Assembly: GCF_020745735.1 (NCBI RefSeq) | Contig: NC_083426.1 | Span: forward strand, 55,845,660-55,909,659 | Source of the DNA: Hemiscyllium ocellatum | Lineage: Eukaryota | DNA length: 64,000 nt | Direction: 5' to 3' | Part shown: in pieces, positions 47,520 to 59,614 of the stretch | How positions within the stretch are numbered: the stretch's first letter is position 1 | How the letters are laid out: every line of letters starts with the position of its first letter | Translations under genes and position numbers: made by a program | Notes under the pieces: generated by a model | The model's database searches: none | What the model was told of the DNA's origin: nothing | The model's input: only the letters and a program-made list of their open reading frames with translations

Positions 47520-48575
47520 AACATTCAATGGACAAGTATACAGACAAATCAACAGCACCCCAATGGAGTCCCGATATCAGGACTGATCGCAGAAGCAATA
47601 GTGCAACATGTAGAATGGACAGCTCTGTCCACCATCCAACCCTCACTCTGGATTTGGTATGTAGATGACACCTCTGTCATCACTAAACAGACACAACTGG
47701 AAGAAAGCCACCACCACATCAATAACATCCTGACCAGAATAAAGGTCACTGAAGAAGAGGAGAAGAACAGCAAACTCTCCTTCCTGGACACCTACTAGAG
47801 AACTTCAGATCAGTGTGAACAGGAAGAACACACATACAGACCAAATACTGAACGAGAACAGCAACAACACAACACCTATAAACGAAGCTGCATTACAATA
47901 TTATTTAAACAGGCAAGGACACACTGCAGCTACCCAGAATTCCCGAAGGCAGAGCAGGAACACCTATTCAACAGATTTAAATAGACCAGGGACCCCAAAA
48001 GCACTAGCCTCCAGTACTTTCGCAACAAACTCAAGAAGAAAACACTACACGACCAGAAGCGATAGTGCCCGTATCATATATCAAGGTCATATCCGAAATG
48101 ACTACCTGACTACTCAGACCCCTCGAAATCACAAACCAGCAAACACCTCTCGCCAGCTCCTTGCACACCTACATCCAACAGGACGAATATTATCGACAGG
48201 ATACCATGCAAGGACTGTGAAAAACACTACAGAGATCAAGCAGGAAGATAACTGATCATACGAGCACATGAACACCAACTCACCACTGCCAGACATGACC
48301 AGTGCACTCTCTTTTCTAATCACAGAGACAATGAAGGACACAAATTCACCTGGGACAATGTAACCATCCTCACACAGATAAAACAGAGACTGCCTTGAGC
48401 ATGGTACTCCAACTAGAAATCAATCACTAAACACATTGAACATATACAAATCATTCAGATACAGAACCGGAAATACGAGATAACAGAGGCACATAACTAC
48501 CAGGTGGGATGGTACACAAATGCTTCACCAGAGGCACATTGATCATGTCACCTAGCGAGATGATAAAACACATCA
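47520..48575 (+). mobile_element. Penelope-like element fragment (RT C-half, GIY-YIG endonuclease, decayed terminal hammerhead)
   Basis: PISGLIAEAIVQHVE...WIWYVDDT...LSFLD; downstream IPC-DC-KHY-G-TGR-L--RAHEH-like remnant at ~48190-48280; cattgatcatgtcacc-tagc-gagatgataaaac at 48537-48569. Confidence 0.8.
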
Positions 48576-48589
48576 GCTCAGCGAGCACA

Positions 48590-49260
48590 TCTACAATCAC
48601 AACATCAAATCTAACACCAAACTCTTGGTATACAGAACTGTGGTGGTTCCTGCCTTCCTATAACGCTCTGGGACATGGACAGTCCACAAGGGGGTCTCAA
48701 GGTGCTGGAGCAGACCCATCAATGTTGCCTGCCCAAGATCCCGTCAATCCGCTGGGAAGACAGATGCACCATTACCAGCGCCCTCAACAAGGCCAAAATC
48801 CCCAGTATTGAAGCACTCACTACCCTTGATCAGCTGCAATGGTCTGGGTACTTCCTCTGTATGACCTACATGAAACTACCCAACCAGGTTCTCTACTCCG
48901 TGCTCCGAAATGGCAGGTCAACCCCAGGTGGACAGAGGAAGTGCTTCAGGGATGCCCTTAAGGCCTCACTGGTGAAGTACAGCATTCCCATCCACACCTG
49001 GGAGTCACGCGCCCAAGACCATTCAAAGTTCAGGAGAAGCATTTGGGAAGGCATCAAGCTCCTCAAGACTTGCTGTTGGGAAGAAACGGAATCCAGGTGA
49101 AAACAGCACAAGGAGCATGCTGTCACACTAACACCTCACCTACCCCCTACCCACAGTTATCCTTTGACCCAAGTGTTGCAGAATCTGTGGAAACTGCATC
49201 AGACTTTACAGGGACCTACCGACTCACCCTGAGAGTGGAAGAGAGTCATCCTCCTCTGCT
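48590..49260 (+). mobile_element. RTE-clade LINE 3' fragment
   Basis: LKVLEQTHQCCLPKIPSIRWEDR...IPSIEAL...QLQWSG...KLPNQVLY...GGQRKCFRDALK...WESRAQD. Confidence 0.8.
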
Positions 49261-50009
49261 ACCTATTGCCAATGTCGTAAGAATTCCCTCACTCCTGTCA
49301 CTGTGCCTTTGTTACAAATTTCAACAATTCCCTGTCTCATACAGTGTCCAACAATTAATGCTGTTGTGGAAACTGAAACCTGTCCTTCCACTTCGGTTTT
49401 CTGACACTTGTTACCCAGAATTAGTATTCATACTGATTCATAATCTGAGGCCAATATTTTTCTTGGTAATCCTGTTGTTACCTCTAACTCTGAGAGGTCC
49501 CCACCTTGCTTCTCTTTCTGCCTGACTTAACACAATGGTGTGTAGCTGTGAATATTGAAACCTCACCTTTTTTTCACCATGTGACCACATCTCCCAAATC
49601 GTGATTAGATAGAAATTATTTCCCTCTATGTCTCAAGTGTAAATACCTTTTTGCAGACATTTGCACATTCAAATAAAGAATATGTCATTTATTTTTTTTT
49701 AACCACAAACCCAGTCGTCAGTCCTGGCCCATGAGGTCTTTGTGATCCCTATTTAGACTGCAGGAGGCTCTGTGCTCAGATGGCAGGGTGCTGTCTTTTC
49801 AGATGTCAGGGTACTCTCCATTCAGATGGCAGGAGGCCCTGTGCTCAGATGGCAGGGCTTCTCTCCCAATTTTCAGAAAAAACCTTTTTAAGTCCACTGA
49901 CGATGAAACAAATTCTCCTAAAATGACTGGTTTCAGGCTGCCAACACCATCAGTTTTAAAATTCAATTGACTTTCCATGACTGTCGTGTTTAAATTAATT
50001 GGCCAACTC

Positions 50010-52000
50010 CCCCACTGTCATGCTCACTGTCCTGTTCACGCCATTAGATTCACAATCACTGTCACACTCACTCCCCGCACACTCCACCACTGTCACACTC
50101 ACTCCCCGCACACTGCACTACCGTCAATCTCACTCCCCCGCACACTCCCCCATTGTCACACTCACTGCCCCACACACTCCCCCACCAACACTCCCAAAGT
50201 CCTGTGGAACAGAACATGGGGCTGAGTCTGTCTCTCTCCAGCTCAGCTCCTTCAACACAAAGACAAACAACTCTGCATCTTGGCACTTCATAATGAACAT
50301 TTTTATTGTTTACAAATTGACCAACGTCGTCAAAGCCACCCTAAGGTATCCATTAACAAAGTTAATTGTTCATATTTCAGAAGACATAGAACAGTACATC
50401 ACTATATAGGTCCTTCAGCCCTTGATGTCGTGCCAACATTTTATCCAGTCCAAGATCAAACTACCTACCCTTACAGTTGAGCACTCTCTGTACTATTCCT
50501 TGTCTCTCACAGACCCTTTCTCTGATTAACTGTAAGCTGAGAATGCAATTTAACTCTTATAGGAATGTTGTAAAGCTTTCCCCCATTTTTACACACCAAT
50601 TCCATAACACCACCGTCACTCTCCCTTCCGCCACCATAACCCATGTATATCATCTCCCTCGTCCCGAGTCTGATTCCTTCCCTCACTGTTATACTCACTC
50701 ACTCAGTGATAGTCAGTCCTCCAATATTACACTTATTCTCCCGCACACTCCCCTACTGTCATGCTCACTCCCCCACATACTACCCCACCATCATGCTCAC
50801 TCCCCCGCACAGTTCTCCACTTTCGCACTCCACTACCAGCGTGCTCACTCCCCCGTACACTCTCCCACTGTCACACTCACTGGCCTGTGCACTCCTGCAC
50901 TGTAATACTCACTGCTCCACGCACACCCCCACCGTCACTCTCACTGCCCCGTACACTCCCCCACCGTCACTCTCACTGTCCCGTACACTCCCTCACTGTC
51001 ACTCTTACTGCTCCGTACACTCCCCCACCGTCACTCTCGCTGCCCCGTACACTCTCTCACTGTCACTCTTACTGCCCCACTTACTTGCCCACTTTCATGC
51101 TAATGCCTCCCATACACCCCCACTGCCACACTCACTGCTCTGCACACGCACACTATCATGTTCACTACATTGCACATTCCCCCACCATCACGCTCATTCC
51201 CTCACTGTGATGCTTACTCCTCCACTGTTACACTCACTGACCCATGCAATCCCCCTGCACACACTCAGTCCCCCGCACATTCCTCCATCATCACTCTCAA
51301 TGTCCTGCTCACTACCCCACCGTCCCACTCATTGACCAGTGCACTCCCCTGCACAGACCCAGACCCCCCACACACTCCTCCATCATCACCCTCACTGCCC
51401 TGCACAATCCCCCACCACCAAGCTCACTGCCCTCATTTCCCCCAACCATCACATTCACTTCCCCTTAAACACCTCGATCAACATGCTCATCTCCCCGCAC
51501 ACTCTCCCACCGTAATAGCCATTGCCCCAAACACTCCTCCATTGTCACACTCACTGCACCACACACTCCCCTGCTGTTTGACTCACTCCCCCACACACTC
51601 TCCCAATGTCCCTCTCACTGCCCTGCTATTCCCCCACTGTCATGTTCATTGTCTGGTGCACACCATTACAGTCACACTCACTGCCCCACACATTCCACCA
51701 CCATCATGCTCACTCACCTGCACACTTCGCCTCTTTCATGCTAACTCTCCTCCTCACTCCCCCACTGTCACGCTCATTCCCCTGTACACTGCACCAACAT
51801 CATTCTCACTCCCTTGCACACTCCCCCACCATAACACTCACTGTCTCCCACACTCCCCCACTATCACACTCACTGCCTCCCACACTACCCCACCACCAAC
51901 CTCCAAGGCTTAATGATCTCTCTCCAGCTCAGCTCCTTCAACACAAAGACAAACAACTCTGAGTCCTGGCACTTCATAATGAATTGTTTTTTATTGCTTC
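50010..52000 (+). repeat. C/A-rich low-complexity tandem array (cactcactgccccgcacactccccca-like), in two blocks each ending in the same ~80-bp sequence
   Basis: tctctccagctcagctccttcaacacaaagacaaacaactctg...ggcacttcataatgaa at ~50233-50297 and ~51920-51983. Confidence 0.85.
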
Positions 52001-52207
52001 CAATAGCATTTATAGGTATTATCGCAGTAATGTTGCCATTTCTCAATGGCCCATAAGTTGAGAGAAACATTGAAATGTGTCCTTTTGCGCCCCCCCCCGC
52101 CCCTCTGGGACAAGGTTGGGCAAAGCATCACTGCCTTCAGTCTGTTACCATAGCGACAGGCTGCTTCAATGCAGAAGCATTCAGCTGAAATGACAACATC
52201 CTGGATG

Positions 52208-53116
52208 TTAATGTGTGAATTTGATTGATTGATGAATTTGGGTAAAAGGGTATTTCAGCACAAGCTTCATCTGCTGTCTGAACTTAGTCTGGGTCACAGC
52301 ATAAATCGCAGTGTTTGTGCAGCAACTGAGACGCTGCAGCATGTAGCCCAATTCCTTTACAGCCCAATGCAGAAACACAGCCTGATGTCCAATATGATAC
52401 ATCCGGAACCATATAGAATACACCATTAAAGTTGACCATAGCACGATGAAATTGGCTGAGACCACAAACAGTAAAATGATGGATTTTTTTCGATTTTACA
52501 GTTCTGTGTCACACTGCCCATCCCTATTGGTGTGAGCCTGGAGTCTCCTGCGGGCTCTGCTGGTCACTACAATGTGTCTGACAGTGAAAACATTGAGCAA
52601 CAAAATCAGGAGAAATGGCACGCCTGGGTTTTGAATGTTGTGGAGGAACTCGATTGTGACCCAGGCATGAGAGTAACGAACAGCATCTGTTATCTCACAA
52701 AACCAGGGGTAATTCCCCAGCGCATACCGAGCTGTGAGCATAAAAATACCAAAAAATGTTCTTTAAGCAGCTCAGCACAGTCACTGTTCCCAGAACCACA
52801 GCTGCCGTTTTCTCACTGCAATATTTACTTTTCAGCTTCTGGCAACAAATGGCCACAAATCGATCAAAGGTGAAAGTGACAGTGAACCAGACAGAACAGT
52901 CAGTGGCTGCATAAAGCAGGACGGCGTGGATATTACAGACAGGGATGGCCCACAGGAAATCAAACAGTTCCTTATAAACAATGGGAAGGTGTCTCAACAC
53001 CAGGTCAAGGATAATGACCAGGAGATCCGCCATTGCCATGGCCGCCAGGTAACGTCTGACACATGAAGACAATCCACAATCTTTATAAAGTAGGACGTAG
53101 ACCGTCACTACATTAA
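52208..53116 (-). pseudogene. GPR139/GPR142-like class A GPCR pseudogene, main exon
   Basis: Acceptor cacAG at 53118-53117; VNVVTV...YLAAMAMADLL...CSVWFTVTFTFDRFVAIC; +1 frameshift at ~52742-52745; PFLLILLLNVFTVRHI; in-frame TAA at 52498-52496; RKKSIILL...SCCTNTAIY; stop at 52208. Confidence 0.85.
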
Positions 53117-53388
53117 CTGTGAGGAATGGAAACAAACAAATTATACATCAGCCTGGAGTCAAAGTTACCAGTTGGATTGACGATCCAGTGTGTCAAGTCA
53201 TTCAGAGATTAAGTGAAATAATTGAAGCTGAAATAACAACTGGCAAGGTCTGAGTTACTGACAACAATGTGACATAAAACATAGGAAACAATCCCTCCCT
53301 CCCCAAACACACGGGCACAAATCCATAAGATCAATCTGGATCATTCCCAAAAACGCAATCACTTGTGATCAGACACAGGCTACTTATT

Positions 53389-53500
53389 TACAGTTCCGAA
53401 TATGAAGATTGAAAATATTGTTGTCCTGAAGGATGTCGCCCAGTTCCTTGAATACAAGCGGATGTTGGAAATTTCTGTCTTTCATGTAAATTGTTGTCGA
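53389..53500 (-). pseudogene. Possible decayed first exon of the GPCR (N-terminus and TM1 start)
   Basis: One frame reads ...NWATSFRTTIFSIFIFGT before a damaged donor (actg|taaat); no clean start codon. Confidence 0.35.
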
Positions 53501-53649
53501 TCCTCTGTCATGATGAAAAACAAATGCAGGGGGAAAGGTATTCACCCTTTTAAATACTTGAGAAGATTTTGAAACAGCGTCTTTCCTTCCAGGCAACGGG
53601 ATCTCTTCCCTCGTGATCTTATCTTTGTTCAATTTACTGATGTCTAACC

Positions 53650-54300
53650 TTTCAAAAGTAATGTCAGTTGGAGAATATTCCAGGGAATGTCTGTTATAAA
53701 ATCTTCCAGGAAAAGTCAGTTCTAAAACATTCTGGGGAATGTCGGGTATAGAATGTCCTGGGGAATGTCAGTTATGCAATATTTCAGGGAATGTCATTTA
53801 TAGAATATTCCAAGGAATGTCAGTTACAAAATGTTGCAGGGAAAGTCAGTTGTAGAATCTTCCAGGGAATGTCATTTATTAAAATTTCCAGGGAATGTTG
53901 GTTACAAAATGTTCCAGAATATGTTGGTTTAGAAGGTTCCGAGAAATTGCGTTTATGGATCAGTCCAATGAATGTCAGTTATTGAAAGTCCTGGAGCATG
54001 TCAGTTATAGAAACTTCCAAGGAATGTTTGTCTTAGAACTTTCCGGAGAGTGTCATTTCCAGAACGTCCCGAGGAATGTTGGTTAAGAATGGTATGGGTA
54101 GTATCAATTGTAGAATGTTCCAACAAATGTTGATTATTGAATGTTCCAGAGATTGTTGATTAGAGAGCATTCCGGGGAGGGTTGGTTACAGAATGTTCTG
54201 AAATAAAGTTGGTTATAGAATGTTCTGGGGAATGTCGGTAGTAGAATGTTCCAGAGAATTTTGTTTGTAGAATATTCTGGGGAATGGCAGTTATGGAATG
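53650..54300 (+). repeat. 26-bp minisatellite (~24 diverged copies)
   Basis: Units such as gggaatgtctgttataaaatcttcca / gggaatgtcgggtatagaatgtcctg / gggaatgtcagttatgcaatatttca. Confidence 0.9.
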
Positions 54301-54859
54301 TGATAGAGGCATGAAGACCAACATCACAAATGCCCTTCTGCCCATTAAGTTTGGTGAAATGCAGTCAGCCTCATGGTGGAAATCTCTCTCAAAAATCAAC
54401 TCAGCTGGGACTTTGCATAATAAAATAAGATTATGCCAATTCTTTGATCATTTGATGTAAGATTCTTTTTGACAACAAACATATATCACTCGTTATGTGG
54501 TGATCTCGCCACTTTGTTTTATTTTTGTGTTCCAGGTCCAGCTGTAAAATGTTCTGCGTATTCAGTTCCCAATATCGATCACCCTGCAGCCATGTCTCTC
54601 TGATGTCATTAATCAGATCCATTTACCTCAACGTATGCAATGAATTCCTCAATTTGTTTTTGAGAATAAAGCACACATTCAAATAGAATGTCTTTCATTC
54701 AACTTTTTAATCCATTATTCGCTTCTCCATTGTCGCACTTAACCTCATTTTGACAGATCATCAAACAGTCTCACATCGTCATACTTACAGAAACAGACAT
54801 GCTGGGTATGTTTAATGAAGTTCCATCAGCATCCCTGGGCATATCCTATCCCACCAGCA

Positions 54860-55330
54860 GGACAGAACTACCAGTCAATACTGGCACCATCGTATACTGT
54901 CAGGAGTTTCCCAGGACTTGCCCAACATTGATTACAGAATATGAGAAATTCTCATCATAACTGGTTGGAAATGGTGAAGGAAATAACCTGATGATGTGTA
55001 TCTACTTCCCTCCGCATCACTCCACGGTGATAACTCAGTTCTCCTCAATGTTGAAAACAAATCGGAGGGAGCACTGAGGGTGACAAGGACACAGAGCGTA
55101 CTCTGGCTGATGAACTTCAATGTCTATCACCAAGAGTGTCTCCATAGGCCCACCACTGACTGAGCAGGACGAGGCCTCAAACACACAGCAGTCAGACTGT
55201 GGGAAGTAATCAGGGAACCAACAAGAGCGAAACATCCTCACCAACTAATTGTCACAGATGCATCTGCAGCATCTGTAGGAACACCCAGCACACAGTCCTG
55301 GCGGAGGGCAAGTCTCAGCCTCATATTGAG
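54860..55330 (+). mobile_element. Decayed LINE endonuclease fragment (CR1/L2 superfamily)
   Basis: DFNV(Y/H)HQEW-like remnant (gaacttcaatgtctatcaccaagagtg). Confidence 0.5.
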
Positions 55331-55849
55331 GATACTGTTTAATGGAATAATTTAATCTCTGTCAGGTTAATAGGGAACAACGACTGCAGTAACACAATGA
55401 TGAGTGCTGGGTCCTCTCCTATTTGCAACCGATATCGACAGTTTAGATAAATGGAACAAATGAATTGTAACAAAATTTGTCAACGACACGTTGTTTTCAT
55501 GAGGAGATACTTAGACTGTAAATGGAAAAAAGCAAACAATAACTTGTCAGATGGAATATATCACGGGTAACTGTGAACCTGCAGTTTTTACAGGAATAAT
55601 AAAGGCTGTATATTACATAAATGGACACAATAATACAGCATTTACGCGAGCTTTCACTCTGACCTATTCAGACATCGGGAGTGTTGCTCCACCTCCCTGA
55701 TGGTCTGCTTTCTGAGGTTCCCTGTGGTCCAATTTGCTCTCAGTACACACAGGAGATTTTGATGTGCTTGGTTGTAAGTGGGGAATGGTGAGGGGTGTTT
55801 TGTGCCATGCAGCAAGGGGATGGTGTTTATCCGAAAAGCTATTAGAGTC

Positions 55850-56030
55850 ATAGAGCCATAGAGATTTACAGCATGGAAACAGACCCTTCAGCCCAACCTG
55901 TCCATGCCAACCAGATATTCCAACCCAATCTAGTCCCACCTGTCAGCACCCGACCCATATTCCTCCACACCTTTCCGATTCTTAGACCCATCTAAATCCC
56001 TCTTAAATGTTGCAATTGTACCAGCTCTTT
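55850..56030 (-). mobile_element. CR1 3' UTR fragment
   Basis: tagagtcatagagccatagag tail and cccaacctgtccatgcc. Confidence 0.8.
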
Positions 56031-56224
56031 AATTGTACGATGAGACCCGACGATGATGGGATTGGCTGACTGCTTCTGAATGAAGAGGCTGTGGCTGCTG
56101 CCAGGACAGTGGGTATTCACCAACATGATGTACTGTACGTACTCACACTGCCAAGATTAATGGAGTGACAGTTTAGAAGGTTTATTCATATAAATGAGAA
56201 CACATAATAAAGACATTGCCAGCG

Positions 56225-57839
56225 CACATGAAGTGGTTACTTTTATCGCATCTCCCACCTCCATGACCTGGAGATTTTTAGTCACTTCTGGAAGGAACAT
56301 TTGCAGCATTTATCTCACTTCTTCATTGAGCTCGGAAGGCAGGATTGGTGGTATACCCACCTAAAAGTGAATTTGCCACAGCCCGTGTTATTGGACACAG
56401 GTAAGTGGCCCCATGGGAGTGCGAAAACGAAAGTAATTCAGGAATTTCCCACACATCGACAAGAAGTGCAGTACTACATTTACTGGGGTGGAATGGATTG
56501 TACAGAACGTTTATGCCAAGTTTAGGCAGTGTCGCTGCTCCACTCACTGATTTGTTAAAAAAGGGCAAGACGTTTCAATGGGCAGCATTTTGTCAAAAGG
56601 CATTTGAAAGCCTGAAGACAGTGTTAAGCACTGCCCCAGTATTAGCTCCACCTGATTACACAAAGCCTTTGAAGTCGGGTCCCAATGCCAGTGGTGTGGG
56701 TGTCAGTGCAGTCCTCCCGCAGGTGGATGACAAGGGAATAGAATGACCCATCGGGTATTTTGCCAGAAGTTGACCCTTCATCAACAGGAATATTCAACGG
56801 TGGAGAATGAGAATTTGTGCTTGGCATTGGCATTACAACATTTCAGTGTCTATATTACCAGCAATGCATCTGAAACAATCGTATACATTGATGTTTGTGG
56901 AGAAATTTTGGGACAAAAATGCCAGACTGTTTCGATGTAGGTTATTGTTGTAGCCATTCGAATTGACAATTGTTCTGGTGGCAGGTTGTGAAAACTAGAG
57001 TGCCGATGCATTGCCGAGTCCTGAATGAGATAGGGAGGTGTTCGGAGGTGGGGATTCCATGGGCCTGAATTCGAATGTGGTTCTGCATGTTTGTATGTAC
57101 ATCGTCAGGTTAGAGTGTATGTGTGCTTTAGAGGCTTCTTTTTAGGGGTTTTCAAAATGAACCCATCCTTACAAGTTGGTGGTTCATTATTTTAAAGGGA
57201 AGGACGTTTCACAAATCTGGTCACTTTTCTAAAAGCTGTCCCTTCTTCTCAAGGATACCGATCCTTGGCTTTTTTTTTCAGAAGTGTCATAAAACTATCC
57301 AGGCTCTGAATCGACTGAGTTGGTACGAGAAGAAAACGGTATTGGGAGGCCTTTTTGTTCCTGCATAAACAGGAGATATGAGGCCAAAGCTTTCATGTTT
57401 TAGAAGTTGCCCGTGTACTGAAAGGGGAATGTTCAGTCCTGGAAGCTGCAGTCTTGGCTGAGTCAGTGCAACAGGAGCTGTATGGAAACGGGCTGCTGGA
57501 CTCTTTCTGCTTCTGCCCTTCTAACTTCGACGTGTAAGCCTCTGTATCAGTTTTACTCCATGTTTACTCAGTTTGTTTATTGGGACTGTAGTGTATTTTT
57601 GGAAAAGCAGAATTAAGTCTAGATTGGATAAGTTGAGTTCTGTGTGGAGTCCGTATTCTCTTCTTTGTGTTTCATTCCATAATTTGTGAATAAACTGTTG
57701 TCAGTTTTAAAACCTGACAGTCAACTGAGCTAACTTACTCTGGGTAATTTTCACTGTGCACTTACTGAACGAATTGCAAAGTTACGGACTGGGCTGCCTG
57801 CTTAGGAATGGTTTGATTGATTTGGACTCATCCATAACA
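56225..57839 (+). mobile_element. Ty3/Gypsy LTR retrotransposon 3' part (RT C-half, RNase H, PPT, 3' LTR)
   Basis: HDLEIFS-FWKEHLQHL; GLYRTFMPSLGSVAAPLTDLLKK...AFESLK...APVLAPPD...ASGVGV; YSTVENENL; PPT aaagggaagga at 57194-57204. Confidence 0.85.
57207..57839 (+). repeat. Gypsy 3' LTR
   Basis: Follows the PPT; contains AATAAA at ~57688; ends ...ataaca. Confidence 0.65.
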
Positions 57840-58230
57840 CTTGTGCCTGTTACACAGGAATGAATAGGAAACATGAAGGTTATAGAAAGGGGAGGACAAA
57901 TAATTATCATCTTCACTGTGGAATAAATAGTAATGAACAAGCTCGTGGGATTTGAGGCAAATTTGCAAAATCCTTGTCAAGAAATTAATAACAGGACATT
58001 TATAAAGTCAAACTATTCTCCATCAGAGTCAGCATGGGTTTACAAAGCGTAAATCATGTCTGAATAATTTACACAGGTTTTTGAAAGATGTGATAAGCAA
58101 GATAAAGAATGGGGATCCTGGAGATGCAATATATCTGGGATTCTAGAGGGCATTGCATAGGAACCTACGCAAAAGACTAAACCATAAAGTCCGAGCAGAT
58201 GGTGTTAGCAGTCATTTATTTGCTTGAATA

Positions 58231-58550
58231 GATTAGATTAGATTACCTACAGTATGGAAACAGGCCCTTTGGCCCAACAAATCCACACCGATCCCCTGAA
58301 GAGTAACCCACCCAGACCCATTCCCCTACATTTACCCCTGACGAATGCAACACTATAGGCAATTTAGCCTGACTAATTCACCTGACTTGCACAACTTTGG
58401 ACTGTGGGAGGAAACCGGAGCACCCAGAGGAAACCCATGCAGACACGGGGAGAATGTGCAAACTCCACACAGACAGTTGCCTGAGGTGGGAATTAAAACC
58501 TGGGTCCGTGGCACTGTAAGGCAGCAGTGCTTACTACTGAGCCACCGTAT
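58231..58550 (-). mobile_element. HE1-like V-SINE
   Basis: Reverse-complement head (gcagcagtgcttactactgagccaccgt) and (gatta)n tail. Confidence 0.88.
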
Positions 58551-59347
58551 GGGGGATATGTAAACCAATGGAATGCAGAGATACAGGAGAAATGGGTCGT
58601 TTTCTGGTTGTTAACTTTTGGGGTGCCATGGATTTCAGGCCTCAATCTGCAACTATTTGCAAACAGTATTATGGCTTGGTACATGGATTGGAATTACTGT
58701 AGCCAATATTCCAGATGACACTGAAACAGATGGAAAAGTTGGTTGCAATGAAGTGATACAAAATTTACAAAGGGATATGGATAGGTTCGGTGAATGGGCC
58801 AACAGATTTCAGTGAGATTTAACATGGTTAAGTAAGGGATTAACCATTTTGTCCAATGGAATAGAAAGGAAACTTATTATCGTAATGGAAAGAAACTTCA
58901 GAGTAGTGCGACACAGAGCAAACTGGGTGTCCTTGTGCACATCGCAGAAAACTCACAAACAGGTACCGCAAGTAATGAGATGCACAAGTGCAATGTCAGC
59001 GTTTATTTCTCAAAAGTAAAGAAAAGGAAGTGTTACTGCAACTAAGCAGGCATTTCTGAGACTGAAGCTGGAGTACTATGTACAGTATTGTTGCGCTGAC
59101 TTGATAGACATGTAGTTGCATTGGACTAGTTCAGAAAATTTTGCTAGACTGATTCTAGAGATGAGGGGTTTTCTTATGAAGTAAGATTAAGCAATTCAGA
59201 TCTATGCTGCCAGGAGTTTAGAAAAATGAGAGGCGATCACATTGTGGTGTGTAACATGATTGACAATATAGACATGGAGTGAATATTTCCTCCATCGAGA
59301 AATCATAGCTTTAGAATAAGACAGAGCAGTTTTAAAACAGGAGTAAG

Positions 59348-59614
59348 ATTGGATTACTTACAGTGTGGAAACAGGCCCTTCGGACAACAAGTCCACACCA
59401 ACCCACCCATTCCCCTACATTTACCTAACACTACAGGCAATTCAGCGTGGCCAATTCACCTGCCCTGCACATCTTTGTGTCTGTGGGAGGAAACCCACGC
59501 AGACACAGGGAGAATGTGCAAACTCCACAATATCCCTCATTTGAGTTGGGAATTGAACCCGAGTCTCTGGCGCTGTGAGGCAGCAGTGCTAACCACTGTG
59601 CCACCGTGCTGCTC
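59348..59614 (-). mobile_element. HE1-like V-SINE flanked by a 45-bp direct repeat
   Basis: Head gcagcagtgctaaccactgtgccaccgtg; flanks 59303-59347 and 59615-59659 differ at 3 positions. Confidence 0.88.

Noticed and set aside
50643-51962. Long His/Thr/Pro/Leu-rich ORFs (230, 251, 149 aa)
   Set aside because: Stop-poor translations of a low-complexity C/A array
53650-54300. CRISPR-like array (also considered for 63345-63575)
   Set aside because: Head-to-tail diverged units without unique spacers, no cas genes, vertebrate context
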